This document shows, piece after piece, positions 13,719 through 26,666 of a DNA stretch of 64,000 nucleotides. Below the pieces are notes generated by a model, which saw only the letters and a program-made list of their open reading frames with translations, ran no database searches and was not told the origin of the DNA. Location of the stretch: positions 1 through 64,000 of the forward strand of contig JAVECO010000062.1 of NCBI GenBank assembly GCA_051942205.1. The letters run 5' to 3'. The position numbers and the translations under genes are program-made. The stretch is from Coniocarpon cinnabarinum (Eukaryota). The stretch's first letter is position 1. Each line of letters starts with the position of its first letter.

Positions 13719-16700
13719 ATGGCCGACGACTACGCAAATGGGGATGACTATGGGGACGAGGGCCAACAACAGATTGTCGGCAATGACTGCTGGCAGGTCA
13801 TAGACGCGTTCTTCGATGAGAAAGGCCTGGTGTCGCAACAGATTGATTCGTACAATGAATTCGTCTCGACGACCATTCGCGACATCATTCAAGACAACAA
13901 TGTCATTACCGTTGACCAGGACATGCCACATTCCGAAGACGATGTCGATCCTATCATCAAGAGACGCTATCAGATCAAGATTGGCGAACCTATGATGCAG
14001 CGACCTACGGTTACTGAGTCAGACGGCGAGGCGAACCCCATGAATCCCAACGACGCTCGGCTCCGAGGTCTCACGTACAGCTCACCGTTGTTCGTACCTA
14101 TGGATTACAAAATCCTGGTTGCGCGCGAGCGAGTGGCGGAACTGAATGAGGAAGAGCCTCAGGATGATGAGGAACCGGGGACAGAACTTGTGTGGGTAGA
14201 ACAAGCGGGTAGCTGGAAACAGGAGAATGCATTCATTGGAAGAGTGCCTATCATGTTGAAGGCGAAGAATTGTGTCCTGCGCAATCTACCATCTTCAGCA
14301 CTGCACGCGCTTGGAGAATGTCCATTCGATCAGGGCGGATACTTCATCATCAATGGTGGAGAGAAAGTCCTGATTGCGCAAGAGCGAAGCGCTGGCAACA
14401 TCGTTCAAGTTTTTAGCAAGCATGGCACACCCACGCCCGTCGTTGCGGAAATTCGAAGCTCGGTTGAGAAGGGCTCGCGATTAATCGCAGGCATGACGCT
14501 GAAGCTTTACGACAAAGGGGACGCGAACCGCAAAATACACGGATCGCCGATTCGTGTTCAGATTCAGAATGTTAAAACTGAATTGCCCATCGGAGTCGTC
14601 TTTCGTGCGCTAGGCGTCGTTTCAGATGAGGACATTCTTAACCATATTGTGTACGACCACACGGATACACAAATGCTTGAAATACTCAAGCCTTCACTCG
14701 CTGAAAGTGCGCCAATCCAGAGTCAAGACTATGCGCTTCAGTTCATTGCAAGCAGAAGCGCGTTGACCAGTCAGAGCAAGCGGCTGAAGTATGCACGAGA
14801 CATAATGCAGAAAGAATTCCTCCCGCATATCTCGCAAGAGCCAGGCAGTGAGACGCGTAAGGCTTTCTTCCTTGGCTACATGGTTCACCGACTGTTACAA
14901 GTACGATTGGGACGTCGTGAAGAGGATGACCGTGATCACTTTGGCAAGAAGCGCCTTGACTTAGCTGGTCCGCTCCTTGCGTCGATTTTCCGTAATAATT
15001 ACTGGAAGATGTTCCAAGACCTCCGGCGATGGCTGCAGCGGTGTGTAGAAGGCAATCGTGACTTCAGCATGAGTCTTGCGATTCGACATTCACATATCAC
15101 AAACGGTCTGAGATACTCGCTCTCAACTGGAAACTGGGGTGACCAGAAGAAAGCCATGAGCACCAAAGCAGGTGTTTCTCAAGTGTTGAATCGATACACG
15201 TATGCTTCGACGTTGTCTCATTTAAGAAGAACAAACACACCAATTGGACGTGATGGCAAAATTGCAAAGCCGCGGCAACTTCACAATACGCATTGGGGAC
15301 TCGTGTGTCCTGCCGAAACCCCAGAGGGCCAAGCATGTGGACTGGTCAAGAATCTGTCTTTGATGTGCCAAGTCAGTGTCGGGACGCTCGCTGATCCTCT
15401 ACTAGAATTTATGAATAATTTGGGAATGGAGATCATCGAGGAATACGAGCCTCGTAGGGCACCAAACGCTACCAAGGTCTTCCTTAACGGCGTGTGGGTG
15501 GGCGTCACACATGAACCGCAGGTGTTGTGTGACACGGTGACAGCACAGCGGCGGAAAGGCCCGTTGAGCGCAGAAATCAGTCTGGTGAGAGACATTCGCG
15601 AGCGAGAGTTCAAGATCTTCACAGATGCTGGCCGGGTGATGCGTCCGCTCTTCGTTATTGACAATGAGGTTGGCAGTGCACAGCGGGGCATGCTTGCTTT
15701 AACACCCACGCACCTTGAGAAGCTTGCAGCTGATCCCAAGGGTCAGGTGGAGGGCCAGCAGAAATATGGCTGGTCCGGCTTGGTGGAAGATGGTGTTGTA
15801 GAATACCTCGATGCGGAAGAGGAAGAATCGGCGATGATTATTATGTCGCCAGACGATCTGGATCGTCAAATGAATGCGCAGTATTACAATGGGCCAATCG
15901 AGGACGAAGTCGTTGGAAACGCAAGGATCAACACGCCTGCAAATCTCAACATTCATACCTTCACACACTGCGAGATCCATCCCTCGATGATACTGGGCAT
16001 TTGCGCTTCCATTATTCCGTTCCCCGATCATAACCAGTCACCTCGAAATACCTATCAGTCCGCCATGGGTAAACAGGCCATGGGAGTCTTCTTAACCAAC
16101 TTCAATCAACGTATGGACACGATGGCTAATATCCTCTACTATCCGCAGAAGCCGCTCGCTACCACGCGTTCTATGGAATATCTCAAGTTCCGAGAGCTTC
16201 CAGCCGGGCAAAATGCAATTGTTGCTATAGCTTGCTACTCTGGATACAATCAGGAAGATTCCGTCATCATGAACCAATCTGCAATTGACCGTGGCCTCTT
16301 CCGTTCCTTGTATTATCGAACGTACATTGAGCAGGAGCAAGCAGTCGGCGTTCAAGTGCTTGAAGAATTTGAGAAGCCTATCAAGTCTCAGACTCTGCGA
16401 ATGCGCCATGGCACATACGACAAGCTGGACGATGACGGTATCGTAGCTCCTGGCGTCCGTGTTTCAGGTGACGACATCATCATCGGCAAGACCGCACCAC
16501 TTGCCGCCAACGCCGAGGAGCGCGGTGCGCGCCTCACTCAGCACACCAAGCGCGATGTTTCTACGCCTCTTCGCTCCACCGAAGCTGGCATCGTCGATCA
16601 AGTTCTCCTTACCTCCGTCGATGGTAAGAAGAACGTCAAGATCCGCACTCGTACCACAAAAGTGCCGCAGATCGGCGATAAGTTTGCTTCGCGTCATGGT

Positions 16701-17429
16701 CAAAAGGGTACAATCGGTATAACATACCGACAGGAAGACATGCCGTTCACAGCTGAGGGTCTCGTGCCTGACCTTATCATCAACCCCCACGCCATTCCCT
16801 CTCGTATGACTATCGCCCATTTAATCGAGTGTCTCCTTTCTAAAGTCGCCGCGACCAATGCTTATGAAGGCGATGCCACGCCCTTTACTGAAATCACAGT
16901 GGAGATGGTCTCGGATATCTTGGAGAAGAGCGGATACCAAAAGCGTGGCTTCGAGGTCATGTATAACGGTCATACCGGCCGTAAGCTAATGGCGCAGGTC
17001 TTCCTAGGCCCAACATACTACCAACGTCTCCGCCACATGGTCGACGACAAGATCCACGCCCGCGCGCGTGGCCCCACTCAAATCCTAACGAAACAGCCGG
17101 TCGAGGGTCGCGCCCGCGACGGTGGCCTGCGTTTCGGAGAAATGGAACGCGATTGTATGATTTCGCATGGCGCCTCCGCGTTCTTGAAGGAGCGCCTCTT
17201 CGAGGTGTCCGATGCTTTCCGCGTGCATGTGTGTGAGATATGTGGCCTGATGACGCCGGTGGCGAATCTGCAGAAGCAGCAATTTGAGTGTCGGCCCTGC
17301 AAGAATAAGACGCGGATTGCGCAGGTGCATGTGCCGTACGCTGCTAAGCTGTTGTTCCAAGAATTGGCTTCTATGAATATTGCGAGTCGGCTGTTCACGG
17401 ATCGAAGTGGTGTGACCGTGAGAGCGTAG
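13719..17429 (+). CDS. RPB2: RNA polymerase II second-largest subunit, intronless
   Basis: [49 protein letters not shown] and a C-terminal Zn ribbon. First ATG is at 13719. Confidence 0.98.
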   Translation: MADDYANGDDYGDEGQQQIVGNDCWQVIDAFFDEKGLVSQQIDSYNEFVSTTIRDIIQDNNVITVDQDMPHSEDDVDPIIKRRYQIKIGEPMMQRPTVTESDGEANPMNPNDARLRGLTYSSPLFVPMDYKILVARERVAELNEEEPQDDEEPGTELVWVEQAGSWKQENAFIGRVPIMLKAKNCVLRNLPSSALHALGECPFDQGGYFIINGGEKVLIAQERSAGNIVQVFSKHGTPTPVVAEIRSSVEKGSRLIAGMTLKLYDKGDANRKIHGSPIRVQIQNVKTELPIGVVFRALGVVSDEDILNHIVYDHTDTQMLEILKPSLAESAPIQSQDYALQFIASRSALTSQSKRLKYARDIMQKEFLPHISQEPGSETRKAFFLGYMVHRLLQVRLGRREEDDRDHFGKKRLDLAGPLLASIFRNNYWKMFQDLRRWLQRCVEGNRDFSMSLAIRHSHITNGLRYSLSTGNWGDQKKAMSTKAGVSQVLNRYTYASTLSHLRRTNTPIGRDGKIAKPRQLHNTHWGLVCPAETPEGQACGLVKNLSLMCQVSVGTLADPLLEFMNNLGMEIIEEYEPRRAPNATKVFLNGVWVGVTHEPQVLCDTVTAQRRKGPLSAEISLVRDIREREFKIFTDAGRVMRPLFVIDNEVGSAQRGMLALTPTHLEKLAADPKGQVEGQQKYGWSGLVEDGVVEYLDAEEEESAMIIMSPDDLDRQMNAQYYNGPIEDEVVGNARINTPANLNIHTFTHCEIHPSMILGICASIIPFPDHNQSPRNTYQSAMGKQAMGVFLTNFNQRMDTMANILYYPQKPLATTRSMEYLKFRELPAGQNAIVAIACYSGYNQEDSVIMNQSAIDRGLFRSLYYRTYIEQEQAVGVQVLEEFEKPIKSQTLRMRHGTYDKLDDDGIVAPGVRVSGDDIIIGKTAPLAANAEERGARLTQHTKRDVSTPLRSTEAGIVDQVLLTSVDGKKNVKIRTRTTKVPQIGDKFASRHGQKGTIGITYRQEDMPFTAEGLVPDLIINPHAIPSRMTIAHLIECLLSKVAATNAYEGDATPFTEITVEMVSDILEKSGYQKRGFEVMYNGHTGRKLMAQVFLGPTYYQRLRHMVDDKIHARARGPTQILTKQPVEGRARDGGLRFGEMERDCMISHGASAFLKERLFEVSDAFRVHVCEICGLMTPVANLQKQQFECRPCKNKTRIAQVHVPYAAKLLFQELASMNIASRLFTDRSGVTVRA

Positions 17430-18049
17430 AGGGTGGATTAGGGTGTCTGTGGGAATGGTCTAAAGGAGAATGAAGATGCATGTTGGGTGGCGAAAAGAGA
17501 GTTGTGATGAGTACGAGGGCATCCGATGGGGCATCTGTTGTTTCACTGCATGGCGTCGGGGATGAGGTCTCTAACCCTGGAGGGCATGTTCACGGTGAGT
17601 GATTGTACTACTACGGATTTACACAATACCCAGGTAATGGATAGCATTGGATAACGGTGGCGATGAATGGATCGAATCGATGTATGTGAAAGGTTATTCG
17701 TTGTTCTGAGAATGCTGTCTTTGATGTGATCCGCTTTGAAGCGCTCTTAAATGCTACACGCTCCCCGAACGCAACATGCCCTCAAAAAAGTGCACGCTTT
17801 TCCTATAGCAACATTTCTAACACCATGCTATGCTCCGAGGACGCCGTCGCCGCGAAAATGCCTCGTCCGCTTCCCTTGGGTATCATTCGTCTCTTTCCAA
17901 GAACCAGTTCATGATCCATGACGCCGGTCCGTCATCGCCTGTCCAAAAGCCTTCCCATCCCGCCATGACCCTACTGTAAGTCGATCGCAACCGGCATAAG
18001 GCACGGACACCGTCGAGCCTCGCGTCATTCCTCGCCTTGCAAAGGGCTG

Positions 18050-20418
18050 TCACCGTGTCGGCGTTCTCCCCGCCGCCTCCGTCACCAACTCCAACTCATC
18101 TGCGTCCTCTTGCTCTTCAGCCAGCGCCAGCGCCTCCTCAATACTCGGTCGTCCCGCCACCGCGCTCTCCAAACTCGGTCGCACACCCGCAGCAGCCAAA
18201 CTATCCATGCTCCGCCTCGTCACAGCAGGACTCAGCGGAGCGTTCGGACTATTAAAGATGCTGCTGCCGCCATCGATACTATCGCGGCTAATGTAGGAAT
18301 CATGCATGTTTTCCTCGTCACCGCTCATGATTTCTTCTTCGTCTTCCTCGTCGTTGCTGAGCGTGCTGTGACGCCGTGCAAAGGGGCCGAGATGGCCATC
18401 GTCGCTCCCTTCCGACGATGTCATTGAAAACTCGTCTGAATCTCGCGGCCGGTCGCGCCAGTAGTTGAATTCGGTGTAGTCTTCACCGCCTTCTTGGACG
18501 AGCATCGAGGTGGGCGGGAAGAAGTGGTCAACCGTCTCGCGCATGGTGGTGTAACCAGTTTTGTACATATTGAGAGTCTCGAGATGAAGACTGACCTCCG
18601 CATTGCTGTTGATGGTGAATATGCGAGTAGAGGGTATGTTGACGGAGCGATAGCTCAGAGCGTCCGTCAGGCGATTCCCAAAGCCCGCGTAAAAAGGGGA
18701 CTTGCGCTGAGGGAAAAGTGACATGATGTCGCGAAGGCACGCCATTTTGAAGACTTCTGGCTGCCGTAGGTAGATCTCGCGGCGGAGTGCCGCAATGGTG
18801 CGGTCTGGTGAAAGGATGACGGGACCTTTCGGCAGCCGGTAGCCACCGTCTTGGGTGATGCCGTTGAGATACGTCCGCGTAGAGTCGGCCTGGCCAACAC
18901 TTCGGGAAGTAAGGTAGAGGACGACGTACCCGTTGGCGACGATGTCAGTGTAGAGTTTCGCTACGCCAATATGCGTCCAGTCACGACCAATCATGTTGAG
19001 GACATGCCCGAGAGCGTCGGACTTCGTAATCGTGCCGTCAACGTCAGAGATGACAATTGGAGCATCATGGCGCCAGAGGAACATGTTTGCGCTACAGACG
19101 GCTCGATTCACAGAAAAGGATATCGGGTTGGCACCTGGCTTGAGGTCCAGAGCTTTCAGCTGGTCGGAGGTCAGGCGGAGAGTTTTGGCGTAGCTTTTGG
19201 ATGGTTCAGCTGACAGCGGAGCGTTGATGGACGACGCTGGGGAATTAGGAGCAGAGGAGAGCCCTAGAGCACTGTCAGATTCGCGACGAAGGCGATCGGA
19301 CGTGCTAGGAACGGCGTGATGAGACTTTTGCGAAGCTGTGTCGTCAGAACTGTGGTAGCCTGGGTCTGATATGGCATCTATGGGCGTGGTGCCAACTGGG
19401 GTCATCCCGGAGAAAAGTGCTTTTTTCGAGGCCGCGTCCTTGGCCTCCTCACTATTGTATATCCAGAGGTTGCCTTTTTCGTCCGCGCCAATCAGGCTGC
19501 CAATGTCATAGTGGCCTTCCAGCTCTTCTGAAAGGATCTGCCGCGCGATCACCTCCGCACGAAGAGACTCCTCTTCACTTGACTTGTATCCTGTGATGTC
19601 CAGCATGAGATTTCCTTCATCGCTGACCGTGGAGCCAATGTTGGAATTTCGCAGTTTTTCAGAGAGTGTTTTGGCCCGCGAGACAGCTTCATTGCGGGGC
19701 AAGGCTGGCGGGCTTTGTGAACGCTCGTGTCTGGGCGGCCCTCCCAGCGTCGACGACCGTCCGTGGGATTTGTGGAGTTGAATTTGAGAATCCTCCGACT
19801 CAGCTTGCGAGATAGATTCTGACGCCGCTCGCGCCAGTGGCGATGCTCTTGTTTCATCGGGTAAACTCTGAGAAAGCTGAGGGACACTTCCGATCTCGCT
19901 CTGAGCACGTCGCTCTAGCAAGGGCACAGGTCCGCCACCCGATGTTCGTTTTCCGTGTGTTGATAGGGGCGCAGGAACTGAACTGTTTAGATCTAGGGGC
20001 TCTAAATCGGCGGTCGATGATGAAGACGAGGGTCGAGCTGGCGGACTGGCTGCTGGCGATACCAGAGGTGACGTTTGCAGCTGTTCGGGAACGTGTGCAA
20101 AGGTTTCAAAGACGAAGAAGGCTTCACCGCCTTCGCCGAGCTTCATGGCATAATCTTGCTTGACATTGTTAACTCTAAACTCCACCTTCTTCTCGTAAGG
20201 CCTGAGCAGAGAGAACTTTCCGAACCGAACATGGAAGGGAGAGCAGGCAAGGGTGCCTGTGTATGGTCTGGTCAGATGGGCTCTTCACCGAGGTCATCGA
20301 ATACCATACCATCAGGATGCTCAACCACGATCACATCAATGGCGCCACTCAATGTGGCTGGATTGATGGAATTCCATGTCTTTGAAACAGCTCCAGACAT
20401 GGACCGTACATACTGCAT
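18050..20418 (-). CDS. PAH1: Lipin / phosphatidate phosphatase (Pah1/Ned1); intron 20257-20309
   Basis: N-LIP domain WNSINPATLSGAIDVIVVE..CSPFHVRFGK. C-LIP/LNS2 domain with HAD motif ISDVDGTIT and FYAGFGNR. Confidence 0.96.
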
Positions 20419-21078
20419 GGCGGCAGTGTGCAGTCCTTGCTCAAGCAAGGGAATGCAGCATCGACAGAAACGGAAGTACTGACGGGCAAAGAAGCAGTAA
20501 TGAACAGCAAAGCATATGCATAATAATATCGACGAAGCGCCGGAGGCAAGTTGGCGAGAACTGAGGGTCGCCCCAGACAAGTGCGGCGGAAGTGAAGAGG
20601 CAAGATTGGTCGATGGGCAAAATGCTTGGACCTCTCACGAATGAGTGCAAGCGACGCGCCAGAGTCAGACGGATAGGATGGCACAAGTCATGCCGCGCGC
20701 CGCGATCCTGCTTCACATCACGAGCGACGAGCGTTGCTTGCGGGTTTGATGGGTCCGTCTTTGAGGTCGTCTAAGCCAGGCACGTGCAGGAGACTTGAGA
20801 GCGGAAACTCTCCGCAGCAGCTATGCCGCTTTTGGATCACACCAGATGAATAAGGCTGATAGCTCGTTCTTCGGACACGGCGAGTCATGCTCCTTAGAGT
20901 TTCACCTAGAAGTTCCAGCTAAAAGTTTCCAGTGAGCAGGTACGGCCGTCAGGGCAAGAAAGTGTGAACGCTTCGCGAGCAGAGCTGCCTCGCTGATTCA
21001 TCTTCATCCTCATCTTGGCGTGAGTCACCGCCATGCGCGAAGCACGTCTCCGCTCGTATTCAGCGTTATAGCACCAGC

Positions 21079-24000
21079 ATGCCTCAACTCATCAAGAGCT
21101 TCCCTGCCGGTCCTTATCACCTCGCTATTTTCATAGCCATTGTCTGGCGACTCTACTATGTTCTATCCGGGCCGAGCTTCTCTATTGCGGCGTGCTCGCT
21201 GCTTTGGCTTGTCTTCCGCTTACACCGAGTTCTGTGCCAACCTATCGATGACCTGATCGCTATCCTCGGAATTGAGGTTCCTTCACCGCCGTTCGTTTCT
21301 CTACTCGGCATATGTGAGGACACGGTATCCGTTCGTTGGCATGCTAGCGAGAAGTTTTCAAGCACCAAGTATTCAGTGTGTGTCAACGGCGCCACTGTTG
21401 GGGAGTTGTCGCCGCAGGAGAACGCCATCAGCATTACTGGTCTCGCCGCAGGAGTCTATTACACTATCAGGGTCACCGCATGCACGCACGGCAAATTCCT
21501 CGCAGAGAGTGACCCGATCCGTGTGCAGACCCCTCCGCTAGATGTTGATGATGAGGACGACGAAGATGAAGAACGTATTGCACATACCACTATACCTGCA
21601 GTTGTGCCCTATAGAGGACAGTATGAAGGTCTTGCCGTTCCTTCGCCCGTCTCGCCCTTACCGCTACGCGAACACAGCGTCACGCTTAGCCAGCCCAAAC
21701 GTAGGGCCTCCATTCGGAAGAGCTCACCAAATCCGAACCTCGGCCAGTGGGAAAGGCGGCAATCTGACCAAAGCGGCGACCAATCTTCGAATGAGGACGT
21801 CAGGAACTTGACTGCAAGACTTGATGAATTACGCCGCGAACAAGCTGAGCAGACGCGACTCGATGATGAAGAAGAGGCACAGTACCAGCAAGAAATGCAA
21901 TCCCTAACCGAGCGCCGAGACGAGCTTCGGCGAGAGGCAAAGGAGAAGGAAGACACTAGCAAGGATCTCAAGAAGTCGGTCGCTACGCTCGAGCGACAGA
22001 ATCAAGCCGCGATCCAGAAGCGACTGCATCAAGAAAAGGCGCTTGACGCTAAGCAGAATGAGCGGCGGAAGGTCCAGGAAGATATTGAGCGATGGGATGC
22101 AGAGTCCATTGCTCTTCAAGAAGAGATGGACGCCATGAAGATTGAGCAAGCTCAACTGGTTGAGGAACGCGACCACGAACTTGAGCGCATACGCATTGAG
22201 CGTGAGCCTCATGAAGACACGGTCCGCGGCTTGGAAGAACAAGTGCGCATTGCCGGGATTCAGGCGAGGGAGCTCGAAGAGGGTCGGAAGGATACCAGCG
22301 AGCCTACAGATTCTCCGCAAGCTCCTGAGAGTGAGCTCAACCTCGACGAAGAAGGACGCTCTCGGCAAGAACGAATATTGCAAATGCAAGAAGAATTGCG
22401 ACGCAAAATCTTTGAAGTTCAGCAAGGCAAGCAGTATATGACACAATTGAATGCACGTCTCCAGGCGATGACCGTTCAGCAACGAGTGCCGCAGAACACG
22501 TACGATCCAAATGCTGCGGAATTCACGCCGGCAAGTCAAGCTCCGTACACCCACACACGCGACACGGAACGGCGAGCATCCTCTGCAGATTATGGAAACG
22601 CCTTCGCCAGTAGCGCCTTGCCCGATGCTCGGAACGTTTTCCACAGTTCGGTTCATCCAAACATCGATTTAGGCGGCTTTTCTTCCAACCAAGTCTATGA
22701 CGAGAGCACCGTTAGAGGTCCTCCGACCCAAGCAGAGCTTCATCGCCTGACAGGCGGAGCCCTGGCAAGTCCCGGAGCCAGGAATCTGCTACCAAGTGGA
22801 TTATTGGGCGACGAAGCAGATGACCCTACCAGGAGACACCAACAGCGTCATTCGATACAAGAGAGCGATAGTGTAGGCTCACGAACATCCAGCACTGCCC
22901 CGCCTCCAGGTTTCGAGTATCATAGGGCCCTTCGAGAAACCTCAGATCCTCTACCTGGCCTTGGGACGGTGCCCGGTCTTGGATCTTCCGCGGCGCTTAA
23001 TCAACAGCGAGGTCCGCAGTCCCCTGTTGCTGATGACAGTCGTTCACCAAGTTTGACATCAAGTCCTCACGACAGTTTCTACTTCAAGCCGTCTGAGTCC
23101 ATCTTCGACAGTGATCGACGTTCAATTCGATCTACCAGCAGTTCATCTCGCGCTCTTGGTGCAGCACGACCATCACGGTTCCTGGGCGATGTCATTAATA
23201 GGCAGCGAGGAAGATCAACCACAGACGATGGTCCTGCCTTGGGCTCGTTACGTACCTCTGAGAGCCAGTCATTTCCGATCGAGAATTCCAACGAGTCTGG
23301 TGATGCAGGGCCTGCCTTGGCTCAGCGGCGTGCTCACGGTGGACTGTTTTCGTCGATGTTCAGTCGTCGAGCACCTGGGCCGAGTAGACTCACCAACGGT
23401 CGCGACGAGGGCTTGCATACTCAGCAGTCTGGTCCGGACGAGCTGAGACGTCTGCGTTCCGGAGGTTTTCCATGGTCCAACTCGAGCTTTGACACAGGTC
23501 TTGCGTCGCGACCTACATCAGTTTACTCAGCAGAAAACGCGTTGCCAAGACCTGGCGGTGACATACAGCAGCCTTTCGGCTGGAATGCTTCTGGAATCGG
23601 ACGTAGCAATACTACAGCTTCGGGGAGACAACGAATGCATGCCTGGTCATTGAGCAACTCTAGAAGAGGGTCCTCACAGGTTGATGCGCCTATGCTATCG
23701 GAATTTGACGACGAGGAAGATGATGTCTTGCCTCTTGCTGACAAAAACACAAGCGCGGCACAGGCACCTATTGGAACGAAACCGTCCAAGTCTAAAAAGA
23801 AAGAAGAAAAGCTTCCAAACCCTTACACAAGTGGCTTTATGGGGGGCGTTTTCTCCCGCGATAGAAAGGCCGACAAGCAGAAAGAGAGAAGCCTCAATCC
23901 ACTAGACACGCTCGAGGCCGAGACTGATGATCTTGGTATCGCTGGAGCCCCACAGCTTCACGAACCTTCAATACATTCCATAACAGAATCAGGCGAAGAC

Positions 24001-24441
24001 GTGCGCTCGGCGTCTCCTCGAGCAAGCGAAAGTGGTCCCTCTACGCCAGCTGAAGCCACTCCGAATAGCAGGGAGTCCTTTATGAGGAAGCTTACACGCA
24101 AAGGCAGTCACATTCCTGGTTTGAAAAGTCGTAAGACTACTGCACCAAATACTCCACAGCCCAATGTCGACGACACGGATGATGGTGATACGACCGCTGG
24201 GCAAATCGTTCGTACACCAAGTAGTGTCACCAATAGTCCTCAGGTCTCGCACGAAAAGGAAAAAGACAAGGAAAAGGATTCAATCACCAAGCGCAGCAGC
24301 GGCTTCTCGCTCAACAGCTTCAAGAGACGTGGGCGAAAGGACAAAGATGCTCCAAGCGTCAGTGAAACCAGTATGAATAGTGGCACGGGTGACGAGGCGG
24401 TTGCTTCTGAAATGAGCGAGCGGCCAAGCACTGACGACTGA
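21079..24441 (+). CDS. Membrane-anchored fibronectin type III domain and coiled-coil protein
   Basis: N-terminal hydrophobic segments, FN3 pattern (VSVRW...YSVCVNG...ITGLAAGVYYTIRVTA), long coiled coil and Ser-rich tail in an uninterrupted 1120-aa ORF. Confidence 0.8.
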   Translation: MPQLIKSFPAGPYHLAIFIAIVWRLYYVLSGPSFSIAACSLLWLVFRLHRVLCQPIDDLIAILGIEVPSPPFVSLLGICEDTVSVRWHASEKFSSTKYSVCVNGATVGELSPQENAISITGLAAGVYYTIRVTACTHGKFLAESDPIRVQTPPLDVDDEDDEDEERIAHTTIPAVVPYRGQYEGLAVPSPVSPLPLREHSVTLSQPKRRASIRKSSPNPNLGQWERRQSDQSGDQSSNEDVRNLTARLDELRREQAEQTRLDDEEEAQYQQEMQSLTERRDELRREAKEKEDTSKDLKKSVATLERQNQAAIQKRLHQEKALDAKQNERRKVQEDIERWDAESIALQEEMDAMKIEQAQLVEERDHELERIRIEREPHEDTVRGLEEQVRIAGIQARELEEGRKDTSEPTDSPQAPESELNLDEEGRSRQERILQMQEELRRKIFEVQQGKQYMTQLNARLQAMTVQQRVPQNTYDPNAAEFTPASQAPYTHTRDTERRASSADYGNAFASSALPDARNVFHSSVHPNIDLGGFSSNQVYDESTVRGPPTQAELHRLTGGALASPGARNLLPSGLLGDEADDPTRRHQQRHSIQESDSVGSRTSSTAPPPGFEYHRALRETSDPLPGLGTVPGLGSSAALNQQRGPQSPVADDSRSPSLTSSPHDSFYFKPSESIFDSDRRSIRSTSSSSRALGAARPSRFLGDVINRQRGRSTTDDGPALGSLRTSESQSFPIENSNESGDAGPALAQRRAHGGLFSSMFSRRAPGPSRLTNGRDEGLHTQQSGPDELRRLRSGGFPWSNSSFDTGLASRPTSVYSAENALPRPGGDIQQPFGWNASGIGRSNTTASGRQRMHAWSLSNSRRGSSQVDAPMLSEFDDEEDDVLPLADKNTSAAQAPIGTKPSKSKKKEEKLPNPYTSGFMGGVFSRDRKADKQKERSLNPLDTLEAETDDLGIAGAPQLHEPSIHSITESGEDVRSASPRASESGPSTPAEATPNSRESFMRKLTRKGSHIPGLKSRKTTAPNTPQPNVDDTDDGDTTAGQIVRTPSSVTNSPQVSHEKEKDKEKDSITKRSSGFSLNSFKRRGRKDKDAPSVSETSMNSGTGDEAVASEMSERPSTDD

Positions 24442-24742
24442 GATTCTAAACGAGTGACTAGACCTTCTTAGCTTTATGCGTCGCCGACGAAGAGTGATGC
24501 CGAACGCCCACTACGATCTTCTCACTCTATCCACCTCCATCCCAGTGTTCGCTGTTGTGCGCATCATTCACGTCCGACATGAAATCATCGGAGTCAATCA
24601 GTCCGAAGGGACCATTAGGCTCACACTAATGACACCATTGGATTTTTCGTGTTTTCCATCTTTAAAAGAAGAGCTTTAATAAGTGCATTATGTCTCCGCG
24701 TCATGCTCGCTGCGTCGTTGTGTTTGCGCAGTATCTCTAGTA

Positions 24743-26259
24743 ATGGTAGATTTGCGAGACGGTGATCACCCAGCCCACAGTGACAATCTAGACAATTCGG
24801 CGGAGAAAGCAAGCCCAGTATCCTCCAGCTACGCATCGTCTGATGAGAGAGTCGTCACTGTCGACGAAGATGGCAACACTTATCCAGAAGGCGGTCTTCA
24901 GGCATGGCTGTCCTGCTTTGGATCTTTTTGTTCGATGTTTGCGGGCTTCGGTGTTGTAAACACGATTGGCATTCTGAGCTCTTGGGTAACGGAGCACCAG
25001 CTACAATCGTATTCGGACAGCCAGATCTCATGGATTTTTGGAGTCTATATCTTCTTAGTCTTCTTTTGTGGACTTCAAATTGGGCCTATCTTTGATGCAA
25101 GAGGACCGAAGGTTTTGATCGCGGTCGGAAGCGCGTGTCTCATTGCAAGCATGTTTGTGTTGGGAGTATGTGAAGGTAAGCAAGGTTGATTTGTCCAAAG
25201 CGCAATGATGCGGTCGAAACGTCTCGGAGAAGCTTATTAGAATTTCAAACAGAATACTACCAATTCATACTGGGCTTCTCAATCTTGAGCGGGCTCGGCA
25301 GTTCCCTCCTGTTCACCCCGTCTGTTGCCTCCATCTCACACTGGTTCTTTCGGCGTCGAGGCTTAGCCACAGGTGTGGCTGCTACTGGAGGCTCGTTTGG
25401 TGGTGTTATCTTCCCACTGATGCTCCAAAAACTTTTCCAAGAGGTCGGTTGGGCATGGGGAACGCGGGTGCTAGGCTTCATTGTCATATTGCTGTGCAGT
25501 CTAGGCATCCTGCTGACTCGCTCAAGACTTTCAGCTGTTGACAGGGCCAGAGATGCTGTCAAGGCAGGCTCTACAGTAGCAGTGGCTGGCACGGACTTCA
25601 GGGCAATGTTGCCAGACCCGGGCATCTTCTTCAAACAACGCGGTCACGTCTTCATTGTTGCGTGGGGCACGTTCTTTCTCGAGTGGGGTCTCTTCGTTCC
25701 TATCACTTACCTTCCGCAATACGCGACATCCACGGGTACCATTTCCCCAGCATTCGCAACTCAATTAATCTCCATCCTCAACGCGGGCAGCATGTTTGGA
25801 CGTGCAGTACCTGGCCTCGTTGCCGACCATCTCGGACGCTTCAACACCACCATCATCGCCAACATCCTCTGCATGGTTTCGGTCTTCGCCTCCTGGCTTC
25901 CCGCCTGCTTACTCGACAGCTCTTACGCGAACGCAAGACTGGGGTTAGCTATAGTTTTCGCCGTAATCTTCGGCTTTGCATCTGGTTCGAACATCAGCCT
26001 GACACCTATATGCGTCGGCCAGCTCTGTGATACCAAAGAGTATGGCAAATACTACGCAACGGTCTACACTCTGGTCAGCTTTGGCACACTTACGGGGATC
26101 CCGATAGCGGGGTCGCTGATCTCTGTGACGGACGGGCCCGTGGATCAAAGCTACTGGGGAGTTATTTTGTTTACAGGATTGTGCTACGTTGCAAGCGTGT
26201 TTTGCTATGCTTGGGTGCGCATAGCAAGGGTTGGATGGGGTCGAAACGCTATTTTTTAA
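24743..26259 (+). CDS. MFS monocarboxylate-transporter family (MCH-like); intron about 25176-25250
   Basis: YPEGGLQAWL, GPIFDARGP, HWFFRRRGLATG and GLVADHLGRFN, with about 12 hydrophobic segments. Confidence 0.9.
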
Positions 26260-26666
26260 TCCAATCATGCTCAATGATGTTGGGGCAAATGATGTGAGAC
26301 ATATTGGCTATCAGACCCCCCGAACTGAAATATGGTATCTTGGCCACAGATCGCCTGCTCTGACAGACCCCGCGAGTTACACAATTTTGTCCCACGAGGA
26401 GTACAGCTTCCTCTCAATTCCGGCCGCCGCATCTCACCGCGGAAGACGCCAGCGAGCGTTTATGGTCACGTGATGATATCTAAAAAGCTCGAGCCAACGC
26501 CTACTTTCGGCAGGGTCTCATTACGTCAAAGGCGACTGTCATGTGTCCGTCCACTCACGCCTCTCTCCTCCAGACTTGTGTTGTCAAAGAACTTGTCGAT
26601 GATAAGGCATAGCAGAAGGGATTGCTGTTCGGCTTCAACGGCTTTGTGAGCGGCAGATAGTGAGCA

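Noticed and set aside
3256..17398. Long antisense and alternate-frame ORFs inside RPB1 and RPB2 (also in SWD1 and the protease)
   Set aside because: Expected shadows of GC-rich, codon-biased genes.
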